Positions 26,189-28,566 of a stretch of DNA of 28,566 bases are shown here, piece by piece. The DNA comes from Promethearchaeia archaeon. GTDB lineage: Archaea; Asgardarchaeota; Lokiarchaeia; Sigyniarchaeales; SOKP01. The stretch spans positions 1 to 28,566 of the forward strand of contig JAWOCD010000112.1 of NCBI GenBank assembly GCA_046483985.1, read 5' to 3'. The translations under genes and the position numbers were made by a program. The notes under the pieces are model-generated. The model ran no database searches and had not been told where the DNA came from. It saw only the letters and a list, made by a program, of their open reading frames with translations. The stretch's first letter is position 1, and the number at the start of each line of letters is the position of its first letter.

Positions 26189-27829
26189 ATGAAGATTGAT
26201 GTAGAAAGAGACCTCAAAATAGGCGAATTGATCGATAAAATTGCTGATGATTATGCCGATGTTGAGGCTGCGATTTTCCCAGAATTACGGAAGACCTACG
26301 AAGAGTTTAATGAGGATATTGACAAATTAGCTGCCGGCATTCTGGACTTAGGAATAGAAAAAGGAGATAGAGTCGCTGTCTGGGCACAAAACCGATATGA
26401 ATGGATGGTGGCATGGTTTGCGTTACCGAAAACTGGTGCAATTCTCATTCCTTTGGACCACTGGTATAAGAAAAATGAGGCTCAGTACATCTTATCCCAT
26501 TCTGGGGCTGCAGCGGTTATTTGTACCAGCAATTATATCGAAATGATAAAAGAGATGCGAGGCGATTTACCGAAGTTAGAGAATATTATCATAATGGATA
26601 AAGATGTGGAAAAAAGAAATGGATATATTTCCATGGACTCGGTAATGGAAAGAGCAGAACCAAGAAATGAAGCCATACAACAGCGTCGTTCGAAAATCGA
26701 TCCCGATGATGTGACATTTATTTTGTATACCTCGGGCACAACTGGAAAACCCAAAGGGGCAATGCTTACGCACTTAAATATCGTGGGAAATGCCATCGAT
26801 GTCGCTACAGTTTTAAATTGCACGCCTGATGATAAATATCTAATTACCGTTCCTTTTTCTCATTGTTTCGGCTGCATTTTAGCAATTACAACGGCTACCA
26901 TCACGGGTTCTTCAATGATCCCGCTCAAGGATCAAAATCCCTCTATAGCGCTTAGTAACATAGAAAAAGAAAAAGCGACCATACTTCACGGAACTCCCAC
27001 TCACTTTATCCGATATATTCGAGAATATAAAGAAAATCCCGACTATGAGATCGAAAGTCTGCGTTCTGGAATTATTGCGGGAGCTCCTTGTCCGCCTCCG
27101 GTATTGCAAGATATTATTGACGTACTTGAATGTGAAGATATTGTCATCGGGTACGGCTTGACGGAAGCGAGTCCCATCATTACGCTCACAACTCCGGACG
27201 ATTCATTTGAACATCGAATCAATTCCGTAGGAAAACCAATTCCAAATATTGAAGTTAGGATCGTAGAGCCAAAAACGACCAATCCACTGCCGCCCAATAC
27301 CGATGGAGAACTAGTTGTTCGCGGATACAACGTAATGAAAGGCTACTATAAGGCTCCAGAAAAAACAGATAAGGCAATTGATGAAGAAGGATGGCTGCAT
27401 ACGGGAGATATGGCCCAAAAGGATGATGAAGGGTATTACAAAATCACTGGTCGCATTAAAGAAATGATTATTTATGGGGGGGTCAATGTATATCCAAAAG
27501 CTATCGAAGATTACTTGTTAAAAAATCCGAAGATTGTTGAATGTTCTGTTGTAGGCGTTCCAGATGAGGAATATGGAGAAGTTGTCGGAGTTGCGGCAGT
27601 CGTTGAAGAAGGATTCACAGAACAAGACTTAGTTGATTACTGTTATGGGGAGATTAGCTCGCCGCAAGTACCGCGTTACGTGTCATTTGACGTATCCATC
27701 CCATTATCGGGGCGGGGAAAGGTGCAGAAATATAAATTATCGGACAAATTTGAAAAACTCATCGATGAAGGAAAGCTTGAAAAGATAGTACCTACAGAAG
27801 TGAAAAAAAAGAAAAAAGCAAAAACATAA
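26189..27829 (+). CDS. AMP-binding acyl-CoA synthetase (fatty-acid--CoA ligase family)
   Basis: YTSGTTGKPKG, PFSHCFG, GYGLTEASP, GELVVRGYNVMKGYY, WLHTGD, GRIKEMII, PLSGRGKVQK. Confidence 0.96.
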   Translation: MKIDVERDLKIGELIDKIADDYADVEAAIFPELRKTYEEFNEDIDKLAAGILDLGIEKGDRVAVWAQNRYEWMVAWFALPKTGAILIPLDHWYKKNEAQYILSHSGAAAVICTSNYIEMIKEMRGDLPKLENIIIMDKDVEKRNGYISMDSVMERAEPRNEAIQQRRSKIDPDDVTFILYTSGTTGKPKGAMLTHLNIVGNAIDVATVLNCTPDDKYLITVPFSHCFGCILAITTATITGSSMIPLKDQNPSIALSNIEKEKATILHGTPTHFIRYIREYKENPDYEIESLRSGIIAGAPCPPPVLQDIIDVLECEDIVIGYGLTEASPIITLTTPDDSFEHRINSVGKPIPNIEVRIVEPKTTNPLPPNTDGELVVRGYNVMKGYYKAPEKTDKAIDEEGWLHTGDMAQKDDEGYYKITGRIKEMIIYGGVNVYPKAIEDYLLKNPKIVECSVVGVPDEEYGEVVGVAAVVEEGFTEQDLVDYCYGEISSPQVPRYVSFDVSIPLSGRGKVQKYKLSDKFEKLIDEGKLEKIVPTEVKKKKKAKT

Positions 27830-27890
27830 AACAATTCTTTTCTCACTTTATCCTCTTTTTAAATTTTTATTCTTTCTTTTTATCATTAGA

Positions 27891-27986
27891 GGCAAAAGAA
27901 TAGTCCGCCTTTAGGTCGAGGATGAATTTTGCCCTAATTTTACCACTAGAGTGCGAGAAAGCCCCGTCCTTTAGGGAGAAATGTCA
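27891..27986 (+). mobile_element. IS200/IS605 end-like double hairpin (probable left end of a decayed element)
   Basis: GGCAAAA...TTTTGCC inverted repeat enclosing a ccgcc-ttta-ggtcgagg hairpin, then gaaagccccgtcctttaggg, which shares ccccgtcctttaggg with 10598-10612. Confidence 0.65.
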
Positions 27987-28188
27987 GACTGATGTTATGT
28001 CAACAATCTTCGATAAATTACGAATCCACGCCATTTATGACGTGGTTGTTCAACCTAAGAAATTAGGATTATCACACGTTCAGACGGTCTTAGAACATGT
28101 CGAACTTCCAGACAGACGAGTTAGTCAGCAATCCTCTGAAGATCTGCCAGTTTTGTCTTGATATATCCAGATCTTTTCTAACTATTAA

Positions 28189-28267
28189 ACACTTAACCAC
28201 TCAATACAAAACACGGGTTCATTGGGAAGATTTGTCCAATTCTTAACCTATAAGGCAGAAAAAATAG
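28189..28267 (+). pseudogene. tnpB: Internal tnpB fragment
   Basis: Manual translation TLNHSIQNTGSLGRFVQFLTYKAEKI resembles the TnpB N-x-x-I...F-x3-L-x-YKA helix; similarity stops abruptly near 28267. Confidence 0.7.
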
Positions 28268-28475
28268 TAACGACTACCTGATATGGAATTGCTACTGCGA
28301 GGATTGCAGCAAGGGCGCCTAAGGAAGGAATAATTCTGGTCACAACGTTAATGATCAGCCCGACCACAAAGCCATAGAGCCAATAGGTTTTTGCCAAACC
28401 AAAGTCGCCATTTACCAACTTTGAAAAGAATCCTCTCTGCTCCACTCCGCTTGAAGTATTGCCAATTTCAGACAT
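28248..28475 (-). CDS. Probably truncated small membrane protein of apparently different origin
   Basis: GAGGAG SD then ATG 28475; MSEIGN...FFSKLVNGDFGLAKTYWLYGFVVGLII; its last codons and stop are borrowed from the antisense of the tnpB fragment. Confidence 0.55.
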   Translation of the reverse strand: MSEIGNTSSGVEQRGFFSKLVNGDFGLAKTYWLYGFVVGLIINVVTRIIPSLGALAAILAVAIPYQVVVTIFSAL

Positions 28476-28566
28476 TCCTATCTCCTCTGTGAATAACAAT
28501 TCCTGTTAGCAAGCTTGCTTTTTCTGCGTATAGTTCTTGAACCCGATAGACCCTACACCGGGGGTA

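Noticed and set aside
27922-28161. 79-aa ORF as a possible tnpA
   Set aside because: Starts inside the IS-end hairpin; I found no convincing HUH/Tyr motif in it or in the reverse frames.
1-28566. CRISPR array, tRNA or rRNA genes
   Set aside because: No regularly spaced repeats or cloverleaf/rRNA-like segments seen by eye; the hairpin repeats are dispersed, not arrayed.

Overview
AT-rich archaeal chromosomal window. The two TFB paralogues, T-tract terminators and overall gene style suggest an Asgard/Lokiarchaeia-like genome (inference). It carries about 21 housekeeping or accessory genes: a truncated tandem lamin-tail-domain surface protein, a PK_C/COG1751-like protein, a histone-deacetylase-family gene, a DUF362 Fe-S protein, two tandem P-type ATPases, two TFBs, several membrane proteins, a PHP/DUF3604-like hydrolase, a nitroreductase, an aldehyde:ferredoxin oxidoreductase, endonuclease IV, an MgtE/MgtE/PhoU-TrkA-C/PHI cluster, a CoA-transferase-GNAT fusion and an acyl-CoA synthetase. 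IS200/IS605 (tnpB) remnants are scattered through the intergenic gaps. Top finding: the deacetylase gene looks frameshifted but is interrupted by a 31-nt insert (2444-2474) that folds with its flanks into a bulge-helix-bulge motif. Cutting at the canonical tRNA-splicing-endonuclease positions exactly restores the frame and the DxDxHxGDG active-site motif, so this is a candidate archaeal mRNA intron. Second finding: both P-type ATPases have a P2-like cytoplasmic scaffold but a non-canonical transport site (PINL instead of PEGL in M4, His instead of Asp in M6).
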